Assembly (NCBI GenBank): GCA_964016885.1
Contig: OZ024744.1
Location: 66,092,001-66,156,000, forward strand
Direction of reading: 5' to 3'
DNA from: Eledone cirrhosa
Lineage: Eukaryota
DNA length: 64,000 nt
Shown: one piece after another, positions 39,350 through 55,499 of the stretch
Layout: each line of letters begins with the position of its first letter
Position numbering within the stretch: position 1 is the first letter of the stretch
Notes under the pieces: model-generated
The model's input: the letters and a program-made list of their open reading frames with translations, nothing else
The model's database searches: none
What the model was told of the DNA's origin: nothing
Position numbers and translations under genes: made by a program

Positions 39350-40050
39350 CAGGGTGGATTGGATGTTCTTCGCTACGGCATCAGTATGACCACACTACAA
39401 GATACACTGGGTGCTTTTTGTCATGGCACTAGTATGACCACCTCACAAGGTGAACTGGCTTCTTTCTGTTATGGTACCAGTAAGAACACCTTACAGGGTG
39501 AACTAGGTGCTTTTTGCCATGGCACTAGTATGACCACTTTACAAGGTGAACTGGGTTCTTTCTGGTATGGTACCAGTAAGAGCACCTTACAGGGTGAACT
39601 GGGTGCTTTTTGTCATCACACCAGTATGATCACCTTACAGGGTTGACTGGGTGCTTATTGTCATGGCATCAATTGAGGGTGAACTGGGTGCTTTTTGGCA
39701 TCACACCAGTATGATCATCTTACAGGGTTGACTGGGTGCTTATTGTCATGGCATCAATTGAGGGTGAACTGGGTGCTTTTTGGCATCACACGAATAGGAT
39801 CATCTTACAGGGTTGACTGGGTGCTTATTGTCATGGCATCAATTCAAGGTGAACTGGGTGCTTTTTGGCATCACACGAATAGGATCATCTTACAGGGTTG
39901 ACTGGGTGCTTATTGTCATGGCATCAATTCAAGGTGAACTGGGTGCTTTTTGGCATCACACGAATAGGATCATCATACAGGGTTGACTGGGTGCTTATTG
40001 TCATGGCATCAATTCAGGGTGTACTGGGTGCTTTTTGCCATGGCACTAAC
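39350..40050. repeat. Minisatellite (~40-bp subunits, ~78-bp higher-order unit) grown inside an RTE-3'UTR-related repeat; diverged sister array at 41590-41970
   Basis: Repeated GGGTGCTTTTTG..CATGGCAC..CCTTACAGGGTGAACT. Both arrays are preceded by CTGGATGCCCTTCATAATGC. Confidence 0.85.
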
Positions 40051-41072
40051 ACAACCACCTATATTTCTATCTATTAATGGAAAAGTTTACTACTTTACTA
40101 AAAATCACTCTAAATTCTTGACTTTTTCAAAATTAATTGAAATTCACAAGCAGAGTATTTCCTGAGAAATATAATCTTGAAAGTATTAATGTAGCAGCTC
40201 AATTTGCCCCAACAAATTTTCTCTCTTTAAAATGGAGTCTTATGTTTGTATTTTATTCCTGACTAAACAACTTAAGAAGAAAAATAAGCAATGAAGGATA
40301 TCATGCCTAACAGCTAAGAATATTGATTAAATAGTTCTTCTGATCAGCTACTTCTAGAAAATCGGAGGATGTAATGTAATTATTTAATTTGCCTCAAATC
40401 CAAATGATTTTCATAAACAAAACATTAATAGTTTTTGATTGATTTGCTAGTTGTCATTAATAGCAATGGATGCTATATGATTTTCTGCCATTTTAAATAT
40501 ATCTTTTTGCTTCCTTTTCTATTTATGAATGTTGATACTCAACGATGTTGTCATCATCATCATTCTTTATCTTCCTCTTCTTCTTCTTCTTCGTCGTCGT
40601 CGTCGTCATCTTCTTCTTCGTCTTCTTCTTCTTCTTCTTATTATTATTATTATTAATGATGTTGTTATTAGGGTTAAAAAAACCCATAGAAACATTTTTA
40701 TAATTAGTTAAATATTTGCAATATGTACCATGGCATTAAACAGCTTTATTGCATCTAAAATAAGCATTTTCACACATACACACGTACACACGCACACACA
40801 CACACACACACACACATATATGCACACATACACACAGATATATATAAACATAAACATGCACAAGCATACATAAACTCATATATATATATATATATATATA
40901 TATGCAAACACACTATATATATGCACACATACATACAGATATATTTATATATATATATAAACAAACACACCCTGCTATTTCAAGCATTAAACTAATATAT
41001 TCATTCCATATACTGTACTGTTTGTTTTGTTGTTTATGTTTTCCTTTTATACACACCACACATTTATATATG

Positions 41073-41135
<63 letters not shown>

Positions 41136-42460
41136 TGAGGGAGAGAGAGACTGCAGTACTGAGACCGGGGAAACCACTAATCATGGGAGTAATATACTCA
41201 CATATATGAAGATGTGGGAATCCCAAAGACAGAAAATAATTTGCTATAAATTATAGCTTAGAGAAATAAGTACTTGGGCCAATATGATAAATTAATTCAA
41301 GGTGGTGTTCCAGCTCAGCCACAGTTTAATGACTGAAACTAGTAAAACAATAAAAAGATAGAAGACATACATACATCTCTCTCTTTCTTCCCCCACCCCT
41401 CTTTCTCAATACATATATCTATAGATATAATCATCATCATTTAACATCTATTTTTCATCCTTGTGTAGGTTAGAATAGTGTTACATTACATGCCTAGACT
41501 TGTCAGGTGACTACATCTTGCTCATATGGTCCATTTCTTTGGCTTCATTTCCACAACTGGATGCCCTTCATAATGCCAAACAGCTTATAGGGTAGACTGG
41601 ATGCATTTTTGTTATGACACCAGTGTAACCACATTACAAGGTGGATTTGGGTGGGATTTCTTTTTCAGGCCACAAGAATTACCACCTTTCAGGGTGGATT
41701 GCGTACTGTTTTTGTTTCACCAATAAAACCATCTTACAGGGTGGACTGGGCACATTTTCCATGGCACCAGCACTACCACCATACAGGAGGGATTGGGTGC
41801 TTTCTCTCATGGCACCAGCAATTCCACCTTACAAACTGGATGGAGTGCTTTTGTTATGGCACCAGCAGAACTTACAGGGTGGACTAGATACTTTTTGATA
41901 TGACACCAGCACAACCATCTTAGAGGCTGGACTGGATGTTTCTTGTCATGGCACTAGTACAACCCTCATACAAGATGGACCTTGTGTGTTTTATCACGAA
42001 AAAAGATAGAGCAAGAGTTAGACGACATGTTGCTTGTGATGTGTAAGTGTAGGGTGATCATTCCAAAATTAGGGAGCATCCAACATGTTATATGGGTGGC
42101 CTTGTAGAAAGTGTTTTGCATTTGGAAATATGTTGTAGAATGTGTCAGGATCTTCACACATACATGAATTGGATACAACAAGTGCACTAGTTATATACTG
42201 ATAGCTGGGGTGGGGGTGAGGTGAAAAATATCCTACAAAGTGAGAAGGAAGCATGTATATATATATCTATGTATGTTTGGTAAACAATTTTTGAAAATGT
42301 GACATTTCTCTAAGAGTCAAACTAAAATTATTTGTATATAAATATTTTCATGATACAATAGCTATGAACAGAATTTTTACTGAAACAGCTGTAAGGTAAC
42401 AACAGATTAGTACTGTTTGCATGAACAGTACTAATGGAATATATATGAACATTTCTTGGA

Positions 42461-42688
42461 TTACCCCTTTAGCATTCACATTACTCTAGATATACTATTA
42501 TATTTTCATGGTAAAGGCTTTATCTCATATAATTATCTCACATAATAATGAATCTATGAGATTTTGAAAGTATTTATTTTGAGAACAATACTTTAACATC
42601 AGTTTCAGTGACCAGTTACAGCCAGTTTCAACAGAAAGAGGTAGAGAATTCTGGCTGGCTATGGCTGGTTTGAATGTTAAAGGGTTAA
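42461..42688. mobile_element. piggyBac-like MITE; interrupted copies at 47331-48170 and 56773-57172
   Basis: Ends TTA(C)CCCTTTAGCATTCA / TGAATGTTAAAGGGTTAA (TTAA + CCC..GGG); internal sequence shared by three copies. Confidence 0.75.
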
Positions 42689-43082
42689 GCAGCATTTTCA
42701 TCTGACCTCATAAATCAGGTGGTGTCTTGAATGTGGTTTGCACCCAGATTATGATAACCATTAAAATCTATATATACATACATATATATCTATATATATG
42801 TGTGTGTATATTTAAGATGGTGTGGTACCTATGTTGTATGGGGAAGTATAATTTCAGCAAAGTGAAGAAAATCCTAGCTATCGTAGAGACCTCTCTATTG
42901 AAGGGAGGGTTGTACCAGCTAATCTGCCTATGCTTATTCCTCCTCTGCAATCTTGCGGTGGTTTCTAGGTAGGTTATCTTTTCTTTAAATCCGCTGCGGG
43001 CGAGGGCGTCATTGTAGTAGGACGCAGAGGCGTTAAAAATATCTTTGTTGGCGGAGAGGCCAGATATTCTAATAGAGACACT

Positions 43083-44477
43083 TTATACTAGGTTATCAGT
43101 GATGTTTTGGGGGTGGTTTGAATTAACATTAATATATCTAAGGGACTCGTTAGGTTTGTGGTACGGGTAATAGAGGGAAGTATCTTGGTCAAGAGTGACA
43201 GCCAAGAAGTTGGCCCTAGTCAAATTAGATTCTATAGTTATACTAAATCCTAGATTAGAGAAGAACGAGCTTAAGTTTTTCCGAAACCCATCGGTGGTTC
43301 TGGGGGTAACCTTGTGCAGGGCGAAGAGGCTGTCGTCTCGGTATAAACCTCCGGTTAGGCCGGTAAAGAGGTTCTTCAGGTGATGTAGGATGTACAAGCC
43401 CACAAGGTCGCTAATTTCAGCCAAGTCACTCGCTCCCATACTAACGTCAAATGGGGTCTGAGATTTCTTGTTGATCCAGTAAGATCCATCGTGGTATAGA
43501 AAGGTCTTACGAGCGTGGAGGATAACAACTTGCTCAGCATCGGTAATGGTGGTAAAATTCCTGGCAAAGTTAATTGCGTCCTTCAGGAGGGGCTCCGAGA
43601 TAGAGGCATAGTAGTTATCTATGTCGAGTTGCAGGAAGCGAGTGTGGTGTTTGTCGGGTAATTCTTGGAACCAGGATATTGCCTCAGATGTTCTGCTCCA
43701 GAGTTGAAATGGTGAGGCAGCCCGCAATGATGGTAGAACTCTATCCAGGATCTTCTTACTGATAGAGCCGATGTCTGAACGAGTGGGGTTGATAAGTCTG
43801 ACTGACGGTTTGTTGAGGAAGTTTCCCTTATGGTCCTTCAGGGTAAAGTGCGGGGTCTTTACCCTTAAAGGTTCGGTTCGGTCGTGTAATTTAAGGGACT
43901 TGGCGATTTCTTTTCCGGCCGCGTTTGTCTCAGTCAGTGCCATCTCTATTACCTTTTTGTAGGTGGTCGTGATGGCATTTTTTGCCAGCTTATTGTACGT
44001 CTGTGGGTCTACCTCATAAACGTTTTTGGTTTTATCGGAGGAGACATAAAGATTAGGGGATTTTTTTATATTCCTCAATTCGGCATTTAAGTTGGCCTGG
44101 AATGGTGTGGTGGCTCTACGGAATTTTATATCTTTGATCATCTTGAAGAGGTCTTCTTCAAATGGTTGGAGTAGGCTGTTGGTGGGTGGTGTCTTATTCG
44201 TTTTGAAGCCGAACTTCTCATCATTGGCAGATGCTACATCAGGGTTGTCGAGGAAGAAGGCCCTCCATCTAATTCTCTTGATGAACTCGTCGGTACGACT
44301 GATGAGTGTTTTTAGGTAAAGTTTCCTTTGAGGGATGGGGATGTTCTTCATGGAGACATCAAGATCGAGTTTGGTCAGCATGGTTTCTTGATGATGGTTA
44401 TAAGGGGCACAGAGAGTGCTAAAAGGTACGTTATTCCGGGTTGAATCGGAGGTAACCACAGTAAGTAAGGTACTCAA
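43083..44477 (-). pseudogene. PLE reverse transcriptase ORF (premature stop)
   Basis: 464-aa ORF with the PLE RT motifs listed above. Confidence 0.92.
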
Positions 44478-44511
44478 TACATAGCAGAGTATAAAAGTTT
44501 TAATATAGATG

Positions 44512-44562
44512 AGATTCTACAGGACTAGAACTGTTTCATTCTTTAGAAATCATCAGGAATCT
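44512..44562 (-). ncRNA. Canonical type I hammerhead ribozyme in PLE 5' pLTR (family B)
   Basis: Minus strand AGATTC-CTGATGA-TTTCTAAAGAAT-GAAA-CAGTTCTAGTCCTG-TA-GAATCT, 35 nt upstream of the RT ORF; a decayed homologue is at ~60631-60690(+). Confidence 0.9.
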
Positions 44563-45087
44563 GGGTATCAAAAAATAAGTATGGTATTTATAGGTCTCTT
44601 CAAGTGGTAGGAGAGGGTAGGGAGTGGGATGGGTGTAGGTAATTGGTTGATAGAAAAGGGAATTCGTTAAAAGCTAATTCTTCAAAGCTATAGTTTATTT
44701 TTAGAGTAACAAAGGCAGAAAGAATTCTATAAACAAGTTCAGGATGGGGTGCCACTCCTTATTTTTAAGTTTCTCTTAAGCTAACAGGTGTCTATAAGAT
44801 CAGTGGGGGGGTCAGTCATGGTTGATGGATTTAAAGGAAAGGGAGATTCTTTAAAAGCTAAATTCTTTAAGGTTCTACTATGTGACAAAGGCCTAGAGAA
44901 TTCTGTAGAGAGATTCAAAATATTGAGTGCATATCATATGATTATCTTCAAATTTCTCTTAAACTATTCAACTATATGCCAAAAATCAACAGACACATTC
45001 ACAAACACACTCACTCACACACTCGCATACACCCACACATACATATATACATACACACACACATATACATATATATATATATATATA

Positions 45088-45467
45088 TCATCATCATCAT
45101 CAACGTTTAACGTCCGTGTTCCACGCTTGCATGGGTCTGGACGGGGGTTTTCCCACTTGAGGCAAGAGTGATTGTCTTGCTCGCATAGGACTGTCTGGCA
45201 GGTTTTCTACAGTTGGATGCCCTTCCTAACACCAACCACATTTACAGTGTGGGTCTGGGAGGTTTTTACCGTGTTGCCTACATGGCCACATTACAGCGTG
45301 GACTGTGTGTTTTTTTTGTCGTGACACCTACACGATCTCATTTGTTTCAGCCTCGATGGTGTGGCACCAACATAACTTTACATAGAAGGGGACGTTGTGG
45401 ATGGGGTGGGGGTGGTGGGACGGGGGTGTATTTTGTTAGAGATGCCTACTGACTGTAGTAGGTTTTA
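45088..45467 (-). mobile_element. RTE-family 3' UTR fragment with (GAT)n tail
   Basis: Near-identical to the 3' part of 47419-48049 and 55500-56155. Confidence 0.88.
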
Positions 45468-45497
45468 CTATATATATATATTTGTATATGTATATGC

Positions 45498-45539
<42 letters not shown>

Positions 45540-45919
45540 ATATGCATATCATCATCATCATCATCGTCATCATTTTACGTCCACTTTTCCCTGCTTGCAC
45601 ACACAGATATGTATATTCATATATAGTATGTTTCAAATTCTTTCTTTTTACATTGTGTTCCATACATAATTAATAATTTACATTAGTTGCTAATAAGCTT
45701 GTGAGATGTTTCTTTAAGATGGAATTATTTGGTTCAAGTAAGATGAAGATGTTTGTATTTGTTCTTTAAAAGTGTTACAAATAAGGTGAAATCATATCTT
45801 AATAACTTTTATAGAAAAACCCAATGTAAGTTATTTATTTATAAGCTGAGGTGTAATGCATGATGTTAATATTTAAACAATAAAAAAAAAGAACAAAAAC
45901 AAATAACCAGATCTCTTAC

Positions 45920-46046
45920 GTAGGCGAACTTCTTTTGATTGGAAGCCCATATTCGTGACTTTTGTTCGATATATTCCTGAGATTGCATATTCATGGGTAT
46001 CGTTGGCGGTGTTACAACATGACGCACATTTTGTCCACGAGGTGGC
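45920..46046 (-). CDS. KIF26: Probable upstream KIF26 exon
   Basis: ctctttccag|G..GCCTAC|gtaaga; 127 nt of unique open sequence PPRGQNVRHVVTPPTIPMNMQSQEYIEQKSRIWASNQKKFAY. The phase-0 end fits the next exon, but there is no recognisable homology motif. Confidence 0.7.
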
Positions 46047-47418
46047 CTGGAAAGAGTCAAATATTTTCATGAAAGCTATATATATATATTTACACACACA
46101 TGCACTTATATATATATATTTACATACAAATGCGCATATATATATACATATATATATGTTTATACACACTCACATGCACATATATATCTTTAAATACATG
46201 TATTAAATTGGGAATTTCACGTTTGAGAAGACGTAACTAGCCCAAAACACCCAGTCTCACATGATTTGAACAAAGACAAAACAAAAAAGTCCATGTCACT
46301 TGAGAAGCAGCCTTGTTACATTGACCTTATCATCCTGTCAAGATTTAATAGAAAATATCTGAAAACATGTTTGTTAATTCAAATGTTAGTAGTATCTTTA
46401 CTGAGTGAGAGATCATTGTGAAAATTTGTTGTTAGAGTAAAGACTTTAATTTGTAATGTGATATAGTTACAATGCTGTTTTGTACTTTTCAAGAATCTTA
46501 TGAATATGGTTTGATATGTTTGTGATTTAAATGTTTTATAATATCTTCACTACTTGACTGATCATTATGAAAAGTTACATTGTGAAAATTGTAACCCAGT
46601 ATAACCTGCTTCATGTTAGAGTGATCTGTGACTAAATTGGCTTCCACACCAGCCCCTGGTTTGATGAAAATGGTAAGTTGAACCACAGCACCATAAAAAC
46701 AAAAGCTATTAAAAGGGGCAGATGAACTTCTCAGAGTGAACAGCCATCCACCCCAACTATGGGCTAAATAACCTCAATTAGTCAAGCATGTAGTCTATTG
46801 CTACACCCCTAAAGACATGATCAAAACCAAACAGAAAGTGGTGGAGCTCATTAAGTTAGTGTTTGGAACTTAAAGATTTTTACATAAAATTGTGATAAAA
46901 AAACTTTAGAAATCTAAGATTTGTACCATAATGAGATAGTTTGGCATTAAAAAGTTAATTTAAATAGTGATTTCATTAAAAAATATGGTCTTGAAAAGGT
47001 TAAGATTCAGCTAATTCTTTATTTGCAAGAAAGTGTTTCTCTCTGTGTGAAAAAGTTTGATTACAAGAAGCAAATGTAAAAGTATGATGCTACTTGGTTT
47101 GGAGAGAAGGATATTAAGTGTAAAAGATCTCTGGAGACTGGATGTGACTCACTGTGGTGAGTATAAGATATTGGATATATTCTATTAAGATGATATGTGT
47201 ATTAGTGTACTTTTTATCAATGAGTGAGAAAAAGTAAGTCGATAGAATTGTAGAGTTTTAAGGAACAGTAGATGAGTATCTTATTTGTATTGGTAAAGTT
47301 AATTGATGCCATTAATCCAGCAGTATGTGTTAACCCTTTATCATTTACATTACTTTATATTTACTATTGTATTTTCACAGTAAAGGCTTTTATCTTACAT
47401 AATTATCTCACATAATAT

Positions 47419-48049
47419 GTTTACTCGAGAGAAGGCTACGTTGGTATGGTCACGTGATACGCATGAAAGTCGATAGCTGTATAACAAAGTGCAGGGCAAT
47501 AAAGATAGACGGTAGCCACGGAATAGGTAGACCTAGAAAAACCTGGGACGAGCTGATAAACTCCGACCTCACACGCTTACACCTCTCCAAGACAATGTCA
47601 CTGGACCGAGACCTTTGGCGGTACTCAGTAACAGAGAAGACCCGCCTTACCTAAATACATAGTAAAACCTACTACAGCCAGTAGGCATCTCTAACAAAAT
47701 ACACCCCCGTCCCACCACCCCCACCCCATCCACACCACCCCGTTCTATGTAAAGTTATGTTGGTGCCGCGCCATCCAGGCCGAAACAAATGAGATCGTGT
47801 AGGTGTCACGACAAAAAAACACACAGTCCACGCTGTAATGTGGCCGTGTAGGTAACACGGTAAAAACCTCCCAGTTCCACACTGTAAATGTGGTTGGTGT
47901 TAGGAAGGGCATCCAACTGTAGAAAACCTGCCAGACAGTCCTATGCGAGCAAGACAATCACTCTTGCCTCAAGTGGGACTACCCCCGTCCAAACCCATGC
48001 AAGCGTGGAACACGGACGTTAAACGTTGATGATGATGATGATGATGATG
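47419..48049 (+). mobile_element. Young 5'-truncated RTE LINE inserted in a piggyBac-like MITE
   Basis: [33 protein letters not shown]; (GAT)n tail; AATAT duplicated at both junctions. Confidence 0.92.
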
Positions 48050-49005
48050 AATATCAAATCTATGAGATTTTGATATTATTTATTTTGAGAACAATACCTT
48101 AACATCAGTATGAGCAACTGATTACAGCTGGTTTAAACAGAAAGAGGTGAGATAATTCTGGTCAGTTTAATCATATGAACATTTTTAGCAAAATTTTATC
48201 TCTTCTCGTATTATGTAAAAATTTAGTAAATAGCCCTTCATGTGTGTGTGTGTGTATGTGTGTGCCAATATGTGTGTATGTGTATTGCATGTGTGCGTGT
48301 GCCAATGTGTGTATGCACATGCATATGCGTACATGTGTATGTGTGTGTGTGCTAATGTGTGTGTACACATGCATGTGTGTCTGTGTATGTGTGCCAATGT
48401 GTATGAATGTGTGTGTATGTGCATGTGCCAATGTGTGTGTGTGCTCATGCATGTGTGTGCATGTGTATATGTGTGTCTGTCTGTGTGTATGTGTGCCAAT
48501 GTATGTGTGCACCATCATGTGTGTACACATGGATGTGTGTGTGCATGTGCATATGTATGTGATGTGTGTGCATATGTATGTGTGTGCATATGTATGTCTG
48601 CACATGCATGTGTGTGCATTTGTATGTGGATATGGCAATGTGTGTGCATGTGTATGTATGAGTGTGTGTGTGCATGTGCATATGTGTGTGTGTGTAATTA
48701 GAGTACAGTCTTTTTTTTGTATGTAGTTTAGTTAAATACACCAATGAAGAGAGACTAAATGAACTTTTGGTCAAGCTTATAACCATCTTCAGAGTGGAGG
48801 TGTTAATGTACGTGTTAGATCAGAGGTTCTTAAACTTTTCGCCCCCCCCCCTCACGGCCACGTAATATCATCAGCCCCCCCCCTATTTCCAAAGAGACCT
48901 TCCTTCAAACAAATTGTAAATGATATATAATAAATAAAATCCTTAATTTATATATACTATATATAAATAAATATTATATATTTTTTGTTTTACTATATTT
49001 ATATA

Positions 49006-49760
49006 CTAGCAGTGGTACTCGGCGTTGCACGGGATAAGGTATTTTGGAACACGGGCCGCCAACAGACCTAATCGTGGAAAAACTGCATGCGCGGACAATA
49101 TGTAAAGAAAATAAACCGAATACTCTGATGGCTGGATAATCGTTAAGATTTTCCTCGATGATGCAGGAAAAATGCCGGTTTTCACCTAATGCAGGCCCTA
49201 GGGGATCAAGAAAATGAATTTTTTTTATGTGTATATAATATGCCTTGAAATTTCGGGAAAATCGGCTAGACGTAACGCCTCAAAAAAGCTGAAAAAATGA
49301 AGTTTTTCACCTAAATGCGGGCCCTAGGCCATAAAAAGTTGGATTTTCTTTGCTCATAGTGTGAAGAAGAGACTGACTAATACATAGTTACAATTTCAAG
49401 GAAATCAGTCTGACGTAACACCTAAAAAGAACCCCTAAAAACTTGAAAAAACGGAGTTTTTCAACTAATGCGGGCCGTAGGGAATCAAAAAGTTGAATTT
49501 TTTTATGTGCATAACATCCCCTCAAACATAAGTAATACACATGTAAAGTTTGAAAAAATTGGTTGGGTACTTCTCGAGTTTTAGGGATTCAAACTCACAG
49601 ACACACACACACATCCTCAGGGAAGTGATGTAATGCAGACAGTCAGACATACAGACAGATATTATAAGGGCGCGTTCTGGACGCAGAGGGAATTGTGGGA
49701 AGTGACGTAATGCAGACAGTCAAACATACAGGCAGCTATTATAAGGGCACAATGTTATAT
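49006..49760 (-). mobile_element. Non-autonomous Helitron (same family as 31220-32084), next to a hAT-MITE end at ~48821
   Basis: CTAG end at 49006-49009 with CCCGTGCAACGCCGAG hairpin; reverse-complement match to 31460-32084. Confidence 0.85.
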
Positions 49761-50514
49761 GTATTCAGAAACAAATGGTTAAACCTACGTAAAGGAAAGT
49801 TTATTCCTGAGAAATGTTCACATACCAATGACTAAGTTCAGCATTAGTAAAGTAGATATACTAGGGAGGGAGTGGAAGGTGTTTAGGGCACTTTTATCTC
49901 TTTCTGTTAGTAAATATTTATAAGAGAGAGAAAGAGAGGAAGAGTATGTGTGGCCAAACAGATATATGTGTGTGTGAATCGCTAGAATTTGGAAGTATTT
50001 TAAATATGTATGTGTGTATACATTTGTATGTGAATGTGTATGCTTGTGTAAAATACTTAAAATTACAGACTTCTCAAGTAAATATTCAAAACTGTAAAAT
50101 GTTGACATTTTTCATAGTGCATCGTTTCTTTCAGCACGTCAGATGTTGGGGTAGTTTTAAATTTAAGGTTCTTCCAATATTTATCATGTCTATTTTTCAT
50201 TTTATTGGTTTGTCTTTGTCTAAAAAAAAAAACCTCCTCTTGGTAATCAATTCCCAGCTTTTATTGATTTGGTTTGAGAAAGTTTGCTGTCTTGTTAGCT
50301 CCTTAAATAATTTATGTAGCCGGCTTCACGTTAATGACTGATGTGATTTTAACATCTCTTTTATTTATTTTTAAGGGGCAACTCTGTTTGTTGTTTTATT
50401 TTACTATAGACCTTTATCACATTTACACATCATGTGTCTATGTCTCAGGAAAGAATCGCTGGACAGATTTTATTGCGGGGGGGGGGGTGTAAAAACAATC
50501 GGCAGGTGACTCAG

Positions 50515-50700
50515 GGGTAGACCCAGAGCAAGATGGTTGGATAACATCTATGAGTTTGGATGGCCAAGCTTGGGGATCCAGCCAGATCAGTTGGTGATGG
50601 TTGCTTTTGACAGGACCTGCTGGAAGGAGTGTTTGAGGACTCTGACCCCACGACCCGCTCAAAGAGTACAAAGTGTCACTAAGAAGAAGAAGAAGAATTA
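50515..50700 (+). mobile_element. RTE-type LINE 3' terminus with (AAG)n tail
   Basis: GRPRARWLDNI..AFDRTCWKECLRTLTPRP followed by AAGAAGAAG; matching tail at ~58575-58600(-). Confidence 0.7.
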
Positions 50701-51289
50701 TCTATGGAACACTAAAGGCAAATCAAATGTCCTTTTTGAACATAATATTTGGTCTTTTAATGTTGAAATCGATTTATGGGCTGTCCACTGCTTATTTTAT
50801 TTATTTTATATGTTATTATTTTTTTTTGCAGAAAACTGATCCTTCATGAAATGTGGTTACTAAATGATGTTACGAAGAAAATTGGAACAGCGTTTTTGAT
50901 GATCTTGCAAAACAACTTCCAGGATAGAGTTACGGCTCTTTACGTTCAGAATTGAAATCCCACCTAGGTTAGCTTTGCCTTTCAACCTTACGGGGGTTGA
51001 TAAAATAAAGCACCAGTAACACACTGGGGTTGATTTAATCAACTTTCCCCTCCCCTTCAAATTGCTAGCCTTGAGCCTAAATTAGAAACCCTTATTGTTC
51101 AAAGAATAATGTTAAAATTGTTTATTGGCATATTTCTAATGAAAACACTGCTTATGATTTTCTGATCTTTTTGAAAATGATCAAGAATTTGGAAGGATTT
51201 AGCAACATAACTAACTTTCTCCTTATAATATAATGAAAATTATTGTGTACAGTGCTCAGGTGCACTACAAAAAAAAAAAGTTGCCATTG

Positions 51290-51356
51290 GCTGCTATAAA
51301 GAATCGAACCCCATATCTCCCAGATAGGCACTTTTAACCATTAAGCCAAGCGACGC
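51290..51356 (-). pseudogene. tRNA-like SINE head / tRNA pseudogene
   Basis: Minus strand TGGCTTAATGG (A box) ... GGTTCGATTC (B box), with no intact cloverleaf. Confidence 0.55.
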
Positions 51357-51834
51357 TGATGTCTCAAACACACCTTAACATAGGTTCTTACATAAAATTA
51401 TGACAGCAGATTTTTTTTTTTTAGATAAATTTAAACATCATTTTTAAATAAACACCTTTCTATTGTAGAAGCAGCGACATATGAAGGCAGATTGGTTCTG
51501 AAAAAGTTAATCTTCATTTGTAGGGTGCTTACAGAAGAACTTCAAGGCATTCACACTACTTCCCAGAGAAATATTTCTCATCTTCAACAGATTCAACAAT
51601 ATAATCCTTCATTTGGTGGAAACAGTTTTGATTGGCGAGGGTGGTAAATCTAAGCACTTAACATTTTTCTATATCCAAGGGTAATTGTGGCAATTATATG
51701 AAACATTCAGTTTATTTATGTCTTCTTGTATCTTCTATAATGAGATTTGGTTTTTTTCTTTGCTTTGTTTTGTTTTCATTAGTTGTACTTTGGGTGTAAT
51801 ATAGTAAATCTTGTGGGCATACATGAGTGATTGT

Positions 51835-54790
<2,956 letters not shown>

Positions 54791-55057
54791 TAGCCCTTCT
54801 CTATTTACATTAGTGACTGGTTTGTATTAGGTTTCATCAAGAAATATGATAACTATGTATATGTACCTGTATGGGTTGATATCCATATGAATACACATAT
54901 ACATACACACATACATCCCACATATGCACAACACAAACACACACACACACACATACAGATGCATACATACACATACAAATTCACACACACGCACACATAC
55001 CCTTTAATTAATTCCCATCTGGCTGTTTCATTATTTGTCTTTCTACCCCCCCCCCCA

Positions 55058-55205
<148 letters not shown>

Positions 55206-55245
55206 AATATATATGTATATATATATATATATAAATATATATATG

Positions 55246-55277
<32 letters not shown>

Positions 55278-55294
55278 AATATATATGTATATAT

Positions 55295-55325
<31 letters not shown>

Positions 55326-55499
55326 AATATATAGCGGCGATGAATTGAGGACCGAGTAAGTTAGATCGCAGATATAAAAGACAGCGAGAAGCGAAAACCA
55401 ACCAAACAGTGAGTGTGTTCTGTTATTAATTCTGGCAATATTACGTAAATATGACCCTCCCCAAGTATAACAATATAAATATATATATTATAAATATAT

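Larger units (their letters stand above)
42820..44920 (-). mobile_element. Penelope-like element: 5' pLTR + RT, 3'-truncated before the endonuclease
   Basis: ORF 43083-44477 has SMKNIPIP, DKTKN, RLINPTRSDIG, LDIDNYYASI, FDVSMGA, GLYRDD and YYPYHKPN. After one stop it continues RISGLSAN..WYNPPF. There is an HHR in the pLTR. Confidence 0.95.
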
